Shown: one piece after another, positions 42,158-52,172 of the stretch
Layout of the letters: every line of letters starts with the position of its first letter
Numbering within the stretch: position 1 is the first letter of the stretch
Origin: an uncultured Bacillota bacterium
Lineage (GTDB): Bacteria > Sysuimicrobiota > Sysuimicrobiia > Sysuimicrobiales > Segetimicrobiaceae
NCBI GenBank assembly: GCA_963804645.1
Contig: CAWDRG010000017.1
Location: 544,001-608,000, forward strand
Length of the DNA: 64,000 bases
Reading direction: 5' to 3'
The notes under the pieces: generated by a model
Database searches by the model: none
Seen by the model: the letters and a program-made list of their open reading frames with translations, nothing else
Told to the model about the DNA's origin: nothing
Program-made: the position numbers and the translations under genes

Positions 42158-43228
42158 ATGAGCCAACTGACGATCGGCGTCATCGGCGCCGGCAACGCGG
42201 GGCTGGCGATGGCCGCCGATATGGCGACGCGCGGCCACCGGATCCTGGCGATCTACGACAGCGACCCGGCGGCGGTGCGCGCGGTGACGACTCGCGGCGG
42301 CGTCGAACTCGTCGGGCCGCTGCTCTCGGGCGTCGTTCCGTTGATCGCGACCGGCGTGCTCGAGGACGCGGTGAGCGAGGCCGACGTCGTCTTCGTCATG
42401 GTCCCGGCCACCGCGCACGCGGCCGTGGCCGAGGCGCTCGCGGGGATGATCCGCCCGTCGCAGACGATCGTCGTCTGCCCCGGCTACGTGGGGAGCACGC
42501 TCCTGTTTCGGCGGGCGATGCGGCGCCGCGGCGTCGAGGCGCTGCCGGGCCTCATCGAGACGACGACGATGCCGTTCGCGGCCCGGCTCGTGGCGCGCGG
42601 ACAGGTGGGCGTCAAAGGCATCAAGAAAGCGCTGCACCTCGCGGCGCTGCCGAACACCGACACCGCGCGCGCGGTCGCGCTCCTGCAGCCGGCCTTCCGG
42701 CCGCGCCTGATCGCCGCGGCGAACGTGCTGGAGGCCGGCTTCAACAATCCGAACGCGATCGGGCACGTCCCGCTGACGGTCATGAACTGGGGCCGCATCG
42801 AAGGCGAGACGTTCTCGCGGCACTTCGACTACCACGACTGGATCTCACCCGGCATCCACCGGGTGTCCGAGGCCCTGGACGCGGAGCGCACGGCGGTCAT
42901 GCGCGCGCTCGGCCTGCGTCCGGTGAGCCACGAAGAGTTTACCGCACTGAGCTACGATGCGAAGTGGGAGATCGTCGACGCGAAGGAAGAGGTCCCGCCG
43001 TCGAGCTGGACGATCCCTCCCAGATTCTTGGATGAGGACGTGCCGTGCGGGCTGGTGCCGATCAGCTCCATCGGCGCGCAGGCGGGAGTCCGCACGCCGG
43101 TCACGGACGCCCTGATCGCCCTCGCCAGCCTCTCGCGCGGGACAGATTTCAGGCAGGCCGGAAGGACCGCCGAGGCCCTCGGGCTCGGGGGGTTGTCGGC
43201 TGACCAGATCACGGCGCTCGTCAGCTAG
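42158..43228 (+). CDS. NAD(P)-dependent opine (octopine/nopaline) dehydrogenase family
   Basis: IGAGNAG Rossmann motif, VPATAH, CPG, NNPNAIGH, LDAER, RFLDEDVPCGLVP, TPVTDALI, GRT. Confidence 0.9.
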   Translation: MSQLTIGVIGAGNAGLAMAADMATRGHRILAIYDSDPAAVRAVTTRGGVELVGPLLSGVVPLIATGVLEDAVSEADVVFVMVPATAHAAVAEALAGMIRPSQTIVVCPGYVGSTLLFRRAMRRRGVEALPGLIETTTMPFAARLVARGQVGVKGIKKALHLAALPNTDTARAVALLQPAFRPRLIAAANVLEAGFNNPNAIGHVPLTVMNWGRIEGETFSRHFDYHDWISPGIHRVSEALDAERTAVMRALGLRPVSHEEFTALSYDAKWEIVDAKEEVPPSSWTIPPRFLDEDVPCGLVPISSIGAQAGVRTPVTDALIALASLSRGTDFRQAGRTAEALGLGGLSADQITALVS

Positions 43229-43232
43229 CCGG

Positions 43233-43255
43233 GCGCCGCGAGGCGGTCGCGGCGC
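43233..43255. terminator. 9-bp GC hairpin between convergent genes
   Basis: GCGCCGCGA-ggcgg-TCGCGGCGC fills most of the 27-bp gap; no U-tract. Confidence 0.5.
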
Positions 43256-44656
43256 TCAGCGCCCCGGGTCGCGCTGCCGCGCCTTGGCCTCCTGGAGCAC
43301 TTCCGCGCCGGCGTCGACGACGCGCTCCCCCTCGCCGCGTTCAAGATTAGTGTTGGTGATCCCGTACGCCCACCGATACCGGTCCTGGTCCAGGACCTCC
43401 TCAAGCGGCACGCTGTTGACGAGATCGAACTCCGCGGCGCTCGGCAGGTACCCGAGGTAGTCGTTCGTGTACGCGAGGACCAGCGTGGTAGCGAACGGGC
43501 TCAACTCGCGCATCCGCCGGCCCAGCTGGCTGAACAGCTCGAACGGATTGCCGACGATCCCGACATCACCAACGGCGAGGGCCTGCATCTCCGCCTGCAT
43601 CGGCGCGTCCTGCTTCTCCAGCATGCCGGCGTACATCGCCACGGCGCCCTTCTGGTACATCGTCGGAAACCGCTGCGCCGAGTTCATCGTGTGGAGGTCG
43701 GGCGGCCAGATCTCCGGGTACGCCGGCTCGGGGGTCCGCTCGAGCCGCTCCTGCACCGCCCGGACTTCCTCCCGCGACCACGGCAGCCGGCGGCGTTTGA
43801 GCGCCACGGTCCGCGCGGACGCGCCGACCGGCTGCGACGGCTCGGTCCGAATCCCCGGCAGCAGGGCAATCACGCGCTCCGCGATCGCCTTCCCGAGCCG
43901 GTCCCGGTGCTCGTAGGTCTGCGGGAGCGCCTCGGGATTGCCGAACCAGTAGTTCCAGGGGCCGACGTCACCCGCACAGCCCTGCACGAACATCGGGGTG
44001 ATCCCGGGATGCGCCGCCTCCACCGCCGCCCGGAACGCGGCCGGAAACTCCGCGTTCCACAACAGCGTGTGCCCGGCCATCGAGATCGGGTGGCACGCGA
44101 ACGACGCGACCGCCGCGATCGGCCGGCCGTCCTCCCCGTCGACCCGGAGCACGCCGATGGTGTCGTCCGGAGGCTGCTCATGCCGGACCCGGTTGCTCGT
44201 GAGCCCGCGGCCGGTCGTGACGGCACCGCCGACGCGGGCGGGGCGCCGGGCGGAGTACGCGCCGAACACCGCGCCGGCGATCAGATCCGGCAGCGCCTGT
44301 TCATAGCCGTCGAACCCCGATGAGTGGCGGGTCGCCGTGACGCCGCTCCCCCGGGACAGGCTCGCCGCGCTGTGGTTGTGGGAGGCGTTCAGCATGACCG
44401 CGTCGGGTGGGATCCCGGTGAGCGCCTGCACGCGCGCGCGCACCTCGTCCCGAAGCACCGTGCCGAAGAACCCGAGGTCCGCCCCAACCAGCGCGACCGT
44501 GCGCCGGCCGTCGTCCAGGACGAGCGCCTGCGCCTTCAGCGGCTCATGCCGGCCGACCGCGAGTCCAGGGTTGCGCAGGCGCCACAGGCTGTGGGGCAGC
44601 CCGTACGGTGGGGTGATGTCGGCTTCCGCGACTCCGGCCAGCAGCGTGCTTGCCAT
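43256..44656 (-). CDS. Neutral/alkaline-ceramidase-like Zn amidohydrolase
   Basis: AGVAEADITP, ASHNHSA, FACHP, QGCAGD, PFELF, GYLP. Confidence 0.82.
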   Translation of the reverse strand: MASTLLAGVAEADITPPYGLPHSLWRLRNPGLAVGRHEPLKAQALVLDDGRRTVALVGADLGFFGTVLRDEVRARVQALTGIPPDAVMLNASHNHSAASLSRGSGVTATRHSSGFDGYEQALPDLIAGAVFGAYSARRPARVGGAVTTGRGLTSNRVRHEQPPDDTIGVLRVDGEDGRPIAAVASFACHPISMAGHTLLWNAEFPAAFRAAVEAAHPGITPMFVQGCAGDVGPWNYWFGNPEALPQTYEHRDRLGKAIAERVIALLPGIRTEPSQPVGASARTVALKRRRLPWSREEVRAVQERLERTPEPAYPEIWPPDLHTMNSAQRFPTMYQKGAVAMYAGMLEKQDAPMQAEMQALAVGDVGIVGNPFELFSQLGRRMRELSPFATTLVLAYTNDYLGYLPSAAEFDLVNSVPLEEVLDQDRYRWAYGITNTNLERGEGERVVDAGAEVLQEAKARQRDPGR

Positions 44657-44716
44657 GATGGGCCTCCCTCTCCGATTGGGTGCGTGGACGATTGATCGTG
44701 CGGGGCGCAGGTCCCG

Positions 44717-45727
44717 CTACAGGAGCTCGTCACGGGAACAGCGCTGGCCCACCACCGCCAGGCAGTCGCCCTGCCCGATCGTCGCGATCGCGCGGACGAC
44801 GCAGACGATGCCGGCGCTCTGCGCCGTCACCTCCACCGGGGCGCGGTCCGGCCGCTCGATGAAGTGGATGCGGCCCACGACGTGGCCGCGCGTGATCGGC
44901 TCCCCCAGCGTGACGGCCGCTTCGAACAACCCGCTCTCGGGCGCCATGGTGTAGTCCTCACGCGCGAGCGCTTTCAGGATGAGGCCGTCCGGGAGGCCGC
45001 GCGCGGCCCGCGTCTCGACCCTGCCGGCAAGCACGCCGACGTGCCGCAGAAAGTTCCGGGCGCCGTACGCGGCGATCCGGTGGATCTCCGCGGTCGTGTA
45101 TCCGCCGCCGCCGAGTTCGGTGCCGATCGTGATTTTGCCCTGCCGCTCGGCCTCGCCGACGAGCAGCCCGCCGCCGCCGATGTTGATGTAGAGCACGTGG
45201 TAGTCGGTACCGAACGCGAGCATCGCGTCGACCATCGCGCGGCGCTGGGCCGGATCGTCGACCCAGTGCATCTCCGACCACGGCAGATGGAGCGAGGACC
45301 GGCCTCCGCTGTGAATGTCGCAGACCGCGTCGCACAGCGGGAACAGCACGCGCGTGAAGTAGTCCGCCAGCTGCTGGTCCGGCCGTCCGGTGGGCGACCC
45401 GGGAAAGCTGCGGTTGAAGTCGACGCCGCTCGGCCAATTTCGCGTATACGCGCGCGAGGCATCGGGCGACACGCACGGCAGAATAATCAGCCGGCCGTGC
45501 ACATCCTCCGGCCGCACCTCCCGCGCGAGGTTGAACGCGGCGATCTGCCCCTCCGGCTCATCCCCGTGGACCCCACCCGTCACGAGCGCCGTGGGGCCCT
45601 CGCCGTGCTTCACGCAGATCGCGGGGATGTACCCGTTCGTCCATCCGCCCGCCGGGATCTCGAGGTGGCCGACCTGCTTGCCCGGCCGCTCGAAGTCCAC
45701 CGTGCTCAGTACGGGAGAATCACTCAC
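44717..45727 (-). CDS. Succinylglutamate desuccinylase/aspartoacylase family deacylase (DoeB/EutE-like)
   Basis: GGVHGDEPEG, FNRSFPG, DIHSGG, TELGGGG. Confidence 0.9.
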   Translation of the reverse strand: MSDSPVLSTVDFERPGKQVGHLEIPAGGWTNGYIPAICVKHGEGPTALVTGGVHGDEPEGQIAAFNLAREVRPEDVHGRLIILPCVSPDASRAYTRNWPSGVDFNRSFPGSPTGRPDQQLADYFTRVLFPLCDAVCDIHSGGRSSLHLPWSEMHWVDDPAQRRAMVDAMLAFGTDYHVLYINIGGGGLLVGEAERQGKITIGTELGGGGYTTAEIHRIAAYGARNFLRHVGVLAGRVETRAARGLPDGLILKALAREDYTMAPESGLFEAAVTLGEPITRGHVVGRIHFIERPDRAPVEVTAQSAGIVCVVRAIATIGQGDCLAVVGQRCSRDELL

Positions 45728-45728
45728 C

Positions 45729-46622
45729 CTACACCTCGCGCAATCGGGGATCGAGGATGTCCCGCATCCCGTCCCCGAGGAAGTTGAACCCCAGCACGAC
45801 GATCATGATCGCTAGGCCCGGATAGATGACAAGCCATGGCGCGAGCTCCATATACGAGCGCGCGGTGTTGAGCATGTTGCCCCACGACGGTTCGGGCGGC
45901 TGCGTCCCCAGCCCCAAGAAGCTCAGCGCCGCCTCCGTGAGGATCGCCGTCGAGAGATACACCGTGACGAGGATGATGACCGGTGCGATCAGGTTCGGGA
46001 TCAGGTGGCGCGCGACGATACGGAGATCCGACGCGCCGATGCTGCGGGCCGCCTCGACGTGCGGCAGTCCCATAATACTGAGCGCGGATCCCCGCACGAC
46101 GCGGCCGAACGCCGGCGCGTAGATGATGCCGATCGCGATCATCGCGTTCGTCCGCGTCGGCCCGAGCAGGCCCGCGATCATGATGGCCAGGACGAGGCCG
46201 GGCACGGCGAAGATAATATCCAGGATCCGCATCAGGACCGCGTCGGTGCGGCCCCGATAGAATCCCGCGAACACGCCGATCGTGCTGCCGAGCGCGAACG
46301 CGATCAGCACGGCGATGATCCCGACCTGCAGCGAGACCGACGCGCCGTGGATGACGCGGGCGAGCTCGTCGCGCCCGAGCTCGTCGGTGCCCATCGGATG
46401 CGCGAGGCTCGGCGCCAGCAGGCGGTGCCAGGCCTGGTCCGCGTAGTTGACCCGCCACAGGAGCGGCCCGCCAAGCGCGACCAGGACCGTGCCGAGCACG
46501 ATCACCAGCCCCGCGATCCCGATCGGGTTGCGCCACAGGCGTGCGGCCGTGAAGCGCCCGCGCCGCGGAGGCGCGGCGCTGCGCGCCGCCTGCTGGAGTC
46601 CGACCGCCTGGGGCGCGCTCAT
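45729..46622 (-). CDS. ABC permease, DppC type
   Basis: HPMGTDELGRD, HVEAARSIGA, PPEPSWG. Confidence 0.94.
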   Translation of the reverse strand: MSAPQAVGLQQAARSAAPPRRGRFTAARLWRNPIGIAGLVIVLGTVLVALGGPLLWRVNYADQAWHRLLAPSLAHPMGTDELGRDELARVIHGASVSLQVGIIAVLIAFALGSTIGVFAGFYRGRTDAVLMRILDIIFAVPGLVLAIMIAGLLGPTRTNAMIAIGIIYAPAFGRVVRGSALSIMGLPHVEAARSIGASDLRIVARHLIPNLIAPVIILVTVYLSTAILTEAALSFLGLGTQPPEPSWGNMLNTARSYMELAPWLVIYPGLAIMIVVLGFNFLGDGMRDILDPRLREV

Positions 46623-47569
46623 GCGTGCTCGATGCGGGGATCGATGACCCCGTACAGCAGGTCGACCAGCAGGTTCACGAACACAAAGACGCCGGCCAGG
46701 AACAAGGCGGACATCTCGATCACTGGGTAGTCGCGGGCGTAGATCCCCTGGACGAGCGTGTACCCCATCCCGGGCAGGCCGAAGATCACCTCAACGACGG
46801 TCGCCCCGCCCATCAGGCCGCCGACCTGAAACCCGATCACGGTGACCACGGGGATCAGCGAGTTCCGCAGCGCGTGGCGAAACACCACGGCGTGCGACGA
46901 CGCCCCCTTCGCCCGCGCCGTGCGCACGTAGTCCTGGCCGAGCACCTCGAGCATCGTCGCGCGCGTCATGCGCATGATGACCGCCAGCAGGTACACGGAG
47001 ATCGCGACCACCGGGATCGCCACCTGGCTGAGGTTGCCGGCGAGATCGCGCGACGGCGGAATCCACGTGACCGGCGGCACCCAATGGAACACGAGCGAGC
47101 TGACGAGCAGCGCGAGCGTCGCGAACCAGAAGTTGGGCACCGAGAGGCCCATGAGGCCGCACACTCGGCTGGCCAGGTCTGTGCCGGTGTTGGGCCGCAC
47201 CGCCGACAGCACGCCGAGCGGCACGCCGACGACCGTGGCCAGCAGCACGGCGAGGACGGCCAGTTCGCTCGTGATCGGCAGCGCACGGGCCATGACCGCG
47301 GCGATCGGCTCGCCGGTCGTGAACGACTTGCCCAGATGGCCCGTGACGACGCCGCCGATCATCTTGACGTACTGCAGCGGCACCGGATCGGTCAGCCCGA
47401 GCGAGACCCGGACCGCCTGCTTCGCCGCGGCGGTCGCGCTGACGTCGCCGCTGAACATCGCGTCCACGACGTCCCCCGGCAGAAGCCGCACCAGCGCGAA
47501 GATGAGCACCGACATGCCGAGGAGCGTGGGGATGAGGAGCAGCAGGCGGCCGGCTACATACCGCAGCAT
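46619..47569 (-). CDS. ABC permease, DppB type
   Basis: ATG at 47569 (MLRYVAGRL...), QDYVRTARAKG, RDYP. Confidence 0.94.
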   Translation of the reverse strand: MLRYVAGRLLLLIPTLLGMSVLIFALVRLLPGDVVDAMFSGDVSATAAAKQAVRVSLGLTDPVPLQYVKMIGGVVTGHLGKSFTTGEPIAAVMARALPITSELAVLAVLLATVVGVPLGVLSAVRPNTGTDLASRVCGLMGLSVPNFWFATLALLVSSLVFHWVPPVTWIPPSRDLAGNLSQVAIPVVAISVYLLAVIMRMTRATMLEVLGQDYVRTARAKGASSHAVVFRHALRNSLIPVVTVIGFQVGGLMGGATVVEVIFGLPGMGYTLVQGIYARDYPVIEMSALFLAGVFVFVNLLVDLLYGVIDPRIEHA

Positions 47570-47662
47570 TGACCGCTCCGCGTCAGGCGCGCGGCCGGCC
47601 TGGGCCGCGCCGCCGTCGGCTCGAATCGGGGGCGGCGCCCGCACGGCGCCGCCCCTCCGCGA

Positions 47663-49300
47663 TCAGCTGACCCACGACTGGAGAAGCCCAACCTCGTTGC
47701 CGACGAACGACACGTAGTAGCCGTTCACGCGCTTGCGGACGACCTGGTACACCATCGGGTTGACGAGCGGAATCGCGGGCCACTCCGTGATGATGATCTC
47801 CTGCATCCGGCGGTACAGCGGCAGGCGCTTGACCGGGTTGGTCTCGTGGATCCCCTGGAAGTAGAGGGTGTTGAGCTCCTGGTTGTTGTAGCCGCCGCCG
47901 TACCACACCTTGTCGATGGAGCTCGTCGGGTCGAAGTCGGCGATGTACCCGCTGGGATCTCCGCGCATGCCGCGGCCCGTGTTCTGCCACTCGAACGACC
48001 CGTTGCCGTTGTTCGCGGCGAACGTGCCGATCTCGAGCGGCTGCACCGTCACGTTGATGTTGATCGCCGCGAGCTGCTGCTTGATCACCTGCGCGGACTC
48101 GGTGTAGTCCGTGGGGTGCGCGATCGACTGCAGGGTGACCGCGAAGCCGTTGGGAACCCCAGCCTCAGCCATGAGCTGCTTGGCCTTGTTCACATCGTAG
48201 ACCTCGTACGTGTGATGCAGCGCGTCCTGCGGGATTGGCCAATCCCCGTACCCGATCGGGATCTTGCTCGTGAAGTAGGCGTCGCCGCCGTACACCTTGT
48301 CGATGATCTCCTGGCGGTTGATCGCCGCGCTGATCGCCTGGCGGACCTTCACGTTGTTCCAGGCCTTGCCGTCGCCGTGGATCGTGAGCTCCATCTCCCG
48401 GAACGCCGCCTGCAGGCCCTTGAGCACGGTCAGGTTCGAGTCGTTGGCCATGGTCTTGGTCGTGTCCGACGTGAACGTCGACCCGTCGATCGCGCCGGTG
48501 CGCAGCGCGGCGACGCGCGCCTGCTCGTCCTGCATGACCTTCATCGTGATGCCGTCCAGGTACGGGAGCGACTTGTTCCAGTAGTCCTGGTTCCGCACGA
48601 ACGTGCTGTGGTCGTTCGGGACGAACTCGGTCAGCTTGAACGGCCCGGTCCCCACGGCCTTCGTCCGGACGTCCATCTGATCGTACAGACCCTTCGGGAC
48701 GATCCACGAGTACCGCCCCCACGCGAGATACCCGAGGAGGGTCGCGTCGGGTTCGCCCATGTGCACCGTGACCGTATACTTGTCCGTCGCGTCGACGCCC
48801 ACGATCTTGGGATAGAAGCCCTGGATCACGCCGGGCGGCGGCGGGGTCTTCTGCAGCTCCAGCGAGTACTTGACGTCGTCGGCCGTGAAGTCTTGCCCGT
48901 TGTGGAACTTGACGCCCTGGCGCAGCTTGAAGACGTACGTCTTGTTGTCCGGAATCTGGAAGGACGTCGCCAGCGCGGGCAAGATTTTGAGATTCTTATC
49001 CCAGGCGAGCAGCGACTCGTAGACGAGCGACGTCACCTCGAACGACGAGCCGGCGACGCCGCCGAACGGCGCATAGTTGACCGGGTCGGACGTCATGCCC
49101 CACGTGATGGTGCCCCCGCGCTTCGGGGCCGCCGCCGCGTAGGCGGCCGATCCCAGCAACTGCGGTCCGGACCCCTCGAGGAGCCACGCCCCGGCCAGGC
49201 CGCTGCCGGCCGCCACGCCTGCGCGCACGAGCTCCCGGCGGGTCAGACGGCGGCCGCGCGGCCGCTCCGGGGTCGAGTCGATCGCATGCTCGTTCTTCAT
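47663..49300 (-). CDS. Family-5 ABC solute-binding protein with Tat signal
   Basis: ATG at 49300; LTRRELV twin-Arg motif; YVFKLRQGVKFHNG, VGTGPF. Confidence 0.92.
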   Translation of the reverse strand: MKNEHAIDSTPERPRGRRLTRRELVRAGVAAGSGLAGAWLLEGSGPQLLGSAAYAAAAPKRGGTITWGMTSDPVNYAPFGGVAGSSFEVTSLVYESLLAWDKNLKILPALATSFQIPDNKTYVFKLRQGVKFHNGQDFTADDVKYSLELQKTPPPPGVIQGFYPKIVGVDATDKYTVTVHMGEPDATLLGYLAWGRYSWIVPKGLYDQMDVRTKAVGTGPFKLTEFVPNDHSTFVRNQDYWNKSLPYLDGITMKVMQDEQARVAALRTGAIDGSTFTSDTTKTMANDSNLTVLKGLQAAFREMELTIHGDGKAWNNVKVRQAISAAINRQEIIDKVYGGDAYFTSKIPIGYGDWPIPQDALHHTYEVYDVNKAKQLMAEAGVPNGFAVTLQSIAHPTDYTESAQVIKQQLAAININVTVQPLEIGTFAANNGNGSFEWQNTGRGMRGDPSGYIADFDPTSSIDKVWYGGGYNNQELNTLYFQGIHETNPVKRLPLYRRMQEIIITEWPAIPLVNPMVYQVVRKRVNGYYVSFVGNEVGLLQSWVS

Positions 49301-49373
49301 CGTCGCGTCCCCTCCGTTTCTTGTGGCGGCCGCGTGCGTCGCCGATGCGGCGGACGGGGCTCCCACGAGTCGA

Positions 49374-50801
49374 CTACCGGAGCGCGTGCTCCGGACGTTC
49401 GGTTTCCTTATAGAACTCGCGCAGGGCGGCGACGGTTCCATCCACGAGCCTGGCCGCCGCCTCCGGCGCGAACGGGGAGGTCTCCACCTCGTATCCCCCG
49501 TTGGGGTACTCCTCCGCGGTCGGGATATATCCTCCCCAGCCTCCGACGTAGCCACCGAACCAGGTATACGGAAACGGGGAGCCGGCCTTCACGGCGAGTC
49601 CGATCTCGGCGAAGGGCTCGTTCGCCACCGCGGCCAGCACCACCGGACCAAGGCGCAGCAGGTAGAGGTCCACGGGCTGCTCGGTCCGTCCGCCGAACGC
49701 GCGCGCCCGCGTCAGGGTCATGTTGGCGCGCTTCGTCACGAACGTCGCGGCCTCGATCTCCGCGTCCGGGGCGCCTCGGGCGACGAGCGCCTGCAGGGTC
49801 CGCTGCGCGTCGCGGAGGCGCGCCTCCGCCTCCGCCACCGGCGGCTGGGGCCGGAGCGGCAGGCGGAGCTCCACTACCCGGCTCCGCACGATCGGCTCCG
49901 GGCCTGCCACCGGGCGGGCCGCCCACTTGCCGAGCGACGCCCCGGATTCCCAGACCCGCTCGTGCACGAACTCGACCGGGGGCACGCGGATCCCGAGGTA
50001 CACGCGCGCCGCCTCGCACCCGACGAGCATCCCGAGCCGCCGCAGCACCCCCGCGTCGTCGGTAAACCCCTCGGGCCCGGGCCCGACGTTGCCGGTGGCG
50101 CCCTGCGCGAATAGACACGTGGCCCCGGTCAGCTGCTCCACGGTGCGCTTCAGATGCCCCGGCCAGTCGGCCGTGATCCGCCGGAACGTCGGCCCCGCCG
50201 TCGTCGGATGCATCGTGTAGCCCACGATCGCCGCGATGGGGCGGCCGTCCGTGCCGTCGATCCGCACGACGAGCACCGCGGGGTCGATGATCCCCGTCGG
50301 GTTCACGCCGGCGGCGCGACGGCCGTCGGGCGCCGTCTCGCGCCGGTTCACCGCCACGCGGCTCTCGCCCACGCCCGCCCCGAGGCGCGCCGGGCGGAGG
50401 TCGCCGAGCGCGATCCGGGCGGCGCCGGCGGCGAACGCCGGCAGCATCTCGTAGTACCGCCGCAGCTCGGCCGTGCCTTCCAGCCAGTCCCACCGGCTCG
50501 GCGGCGGCCCGGTGTGATTGTGGGTCACGGAGACCCGCACCTGCTCGGGACGAATCCCGACCACGCGGCCGACGGCCTGGGCGATCGTGCGGGACTCCTC
50601 ATCCGTGATGATCACCAGGTCCAGATCCACGATCGCCGCGCGCTCGCGTCCGTCGTCGACCACGAGCACGGTCGCCCACAGGTCGGTCTCGATCCCCTCG
50701 GGGTACACGTGGGTCTGCGCCCCCCAGCCCGCGTGCGGCACGTTGAGCGGCGGCGTAATCGTCGCGCGCCCGACCCCGGCGCGGAACGCCGTCTCCGTCA
50801 T
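49374..50801 (-). CDS. Neutral/alkaline-ceramidase-like Zn amidohydrolase
   Basis: AGVGRATITP, VTHNHTGP, VNRR, YTMHPT, QGATGN, EPF, GYIPT. Confidence 0.84.
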   Translation of the reverse strand: MTETAFRAGVGRATITPPLNVPHAGWGAQTHVYPEGIETDLWATVLVVDDGRERAAIVDLDLVIITDEESRTIAQAVGRVVGIRPEQVRVSVTHNHTGPPPSRWDWLEGTAELRRYYEMLPAFAAGAARIALGDLRPARLGAGVGESRVAVNRRETAPDGRRAAGVNPTGIIDPAVLVVRIDGTDGRPIAAIVGYTMHPTTAGPTFRRITADWPGHLKRTVEQLTGATCLFAQGATGNVGPGPEGFTDDAGVLRRLGMLVGCEAARVYLGIRVPPVEFVHERVWESGASLGKWAARPVAGPEPIVRSRVVELRLPLRPQPPVAEAEARLRDAQRTLQALVARGAPDAEIEAATFVTKRANMTLTRARAFGGRTEQPVDLYLLRLGPVVLAAVANEPFAEIGLAVKAGSPFPYTWFGGYVGGWGGYIPTAEEYPNGGYEVETSPFAPEAAARLVDGTVAALREFYKETERPEHALR

Positions 50802-52144
50802 GCGAGGGCCGCCTCCGCGACGCCGATGCTCTCGCCGAGGATGTCGCACATTTCATCGATGTCGCGCACGGTGGAGATCAGCGGCGGCGCGAACGCCGCG
50901 AAGTCGTCCCCGCAGCGCAGCAGGAGGCCGCGCTCGCGGCACGCGCGCTCCACGACCTTGCCAGGCCGGACCGCCGGACCGAACCGCGCCTTCGTCCGTC
51001 GATCCGCGACGAACTCGACGCCCTGCAGCATGCCGGCGCCCCGGACGTCGCCGATGATCGAGTACCGCGCGGCGAGCCCCTCGAGGCGCTCGCGGAGGTG
51101 CGCGCCCTGCCGCCGGGCGTTCCCGATGAGATCGCGCTCGATCAGCTGGGTGAGCGCCGCCACCCCCGCCGCGCACGCCACGGGGTTGCCGCCGTAGGTG
51201 TGCCCGTGGTGGAACTGCCGCTGCTCGCCCGCCTCGCCGTAGAACGCGTCGGCGATCCGGTCCCGGATCAGGATCGCGGACAGCGGCGCGTACCCGCCGC
51301 TCATGCCCTTCCCGCAGCACGTGATGTCCGGGGCCGCGTGATAATACTCGGACGCGAACATCTCGCCGAGCCGGCCGAACCCGGTGATGATCTCGTCGTA
51401 GATCAGGACGACGTTGTGGCGGGTGCAGACCTCCCGCAGGAGCCGCAGATAGTCCGGCGGCGGCACCATGAATCCCGCGGACGAGATCGAGATCGGCTCG
51501 ACGATCACCGCGGCGACCGTCTCGGGATCCTCCATCTGGATCGTCTTCTCGATCAGCCCGACGCACGTGCGCCCGCAGGTCGGGTACGTTTGGTCGAACG
51601 GGCACCGGTAGCAGTACGGTGGATGGACGTGCAGAAACCCGACGCCGAGCGGCTCGTACGGTGATTTCCGGTCGCGCCCGCCCCCCGCCGACAGCGCCCC
51701 CATCGTGCCGCCGTGGTACCCGCCGTAGCGGCCGATGATCTTGTACTTCCGCGGATGGCCGGTCTGCTGGTGATACTGGCGCGTCAGCTTCATCGCGGCC
51801 TCCGTCGCCTCGGAGCCTCCGCTCATGAGCTTCACGGCGCCGACACCCTCGGGCGCGATGCGCAGCAGGATCTCGGTCAGCTTGAGCGCCGGGGGCGTCG
51901 TGCTGTGGAGCGGCGGTGCGAACGCGAGCTGCTGCGCCTGCGCGATCATCGCCTCGATCACCGGCAGATTGCCGTGGCCCAAGCTGGTCACAAACACGCC
52001 CGACAGCCCGTCGATATACTGCTTGCCCGTGGAGTCGGTCAGCCGGATGCCTTCCCCGCCGACGAAGACCAGCGGGTCTTTCACGAACTCCTGCATCTGC
52101 ATGAAATCCAGGAACAGATGCGGCAGCGCGTCTCGAGTCTCCAT
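50798..52144 (-). CDS. Class-III aminotransferase (omega-amine/BioA-like)
   Basis: SGGSEA, YHG, AVIVEP, DEIITGFGR, GKGMSGGYAP (PLP Lys), HGHTY. Confidence 0.94.
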   Translation of the reverse strand: METRDALPHLFLDFMQMQEFVKDPLVFVGGEGIRLTDSTGKQYIDGLSGVFVTSLGHGNLPVIEAMIAQAQQLAFAPPLHSTTPPALKLTEILLRIAPEGVGAVKLMSGGSEATEAAMKLTRQYHQQTGHPRKYKIIGRYGGYHGGTMGALSAGGGRDRKSPYEPLGVGFLHVHPPYCYRCPFDQTYPTCGRTCVGLIEKTIQMEDPETVAAVIVEPISISSAGFMVPPPDYLRLLREVCTRHNVVLIYDEIITGFGRLGEMFASEYYHAAPDITCCGKGMSGGYAPLSAILIRDRIADAFYGEAGEQRQFHHGHTYGGNPVACAAGVAALTQLIERDLIGNARRQGAHLRERLEGLAARYSIIGDVRGAGMLQGVEFVADRRTKARFGPAVRPGKVVERACRERGLLLRCGDDFAAFAPPLISTVRDIDEMCDILGESIGVAEAALA

Positions 52145-52172
52145 GTGCCACCCTCCTCCGCGGTCCGCAGCG

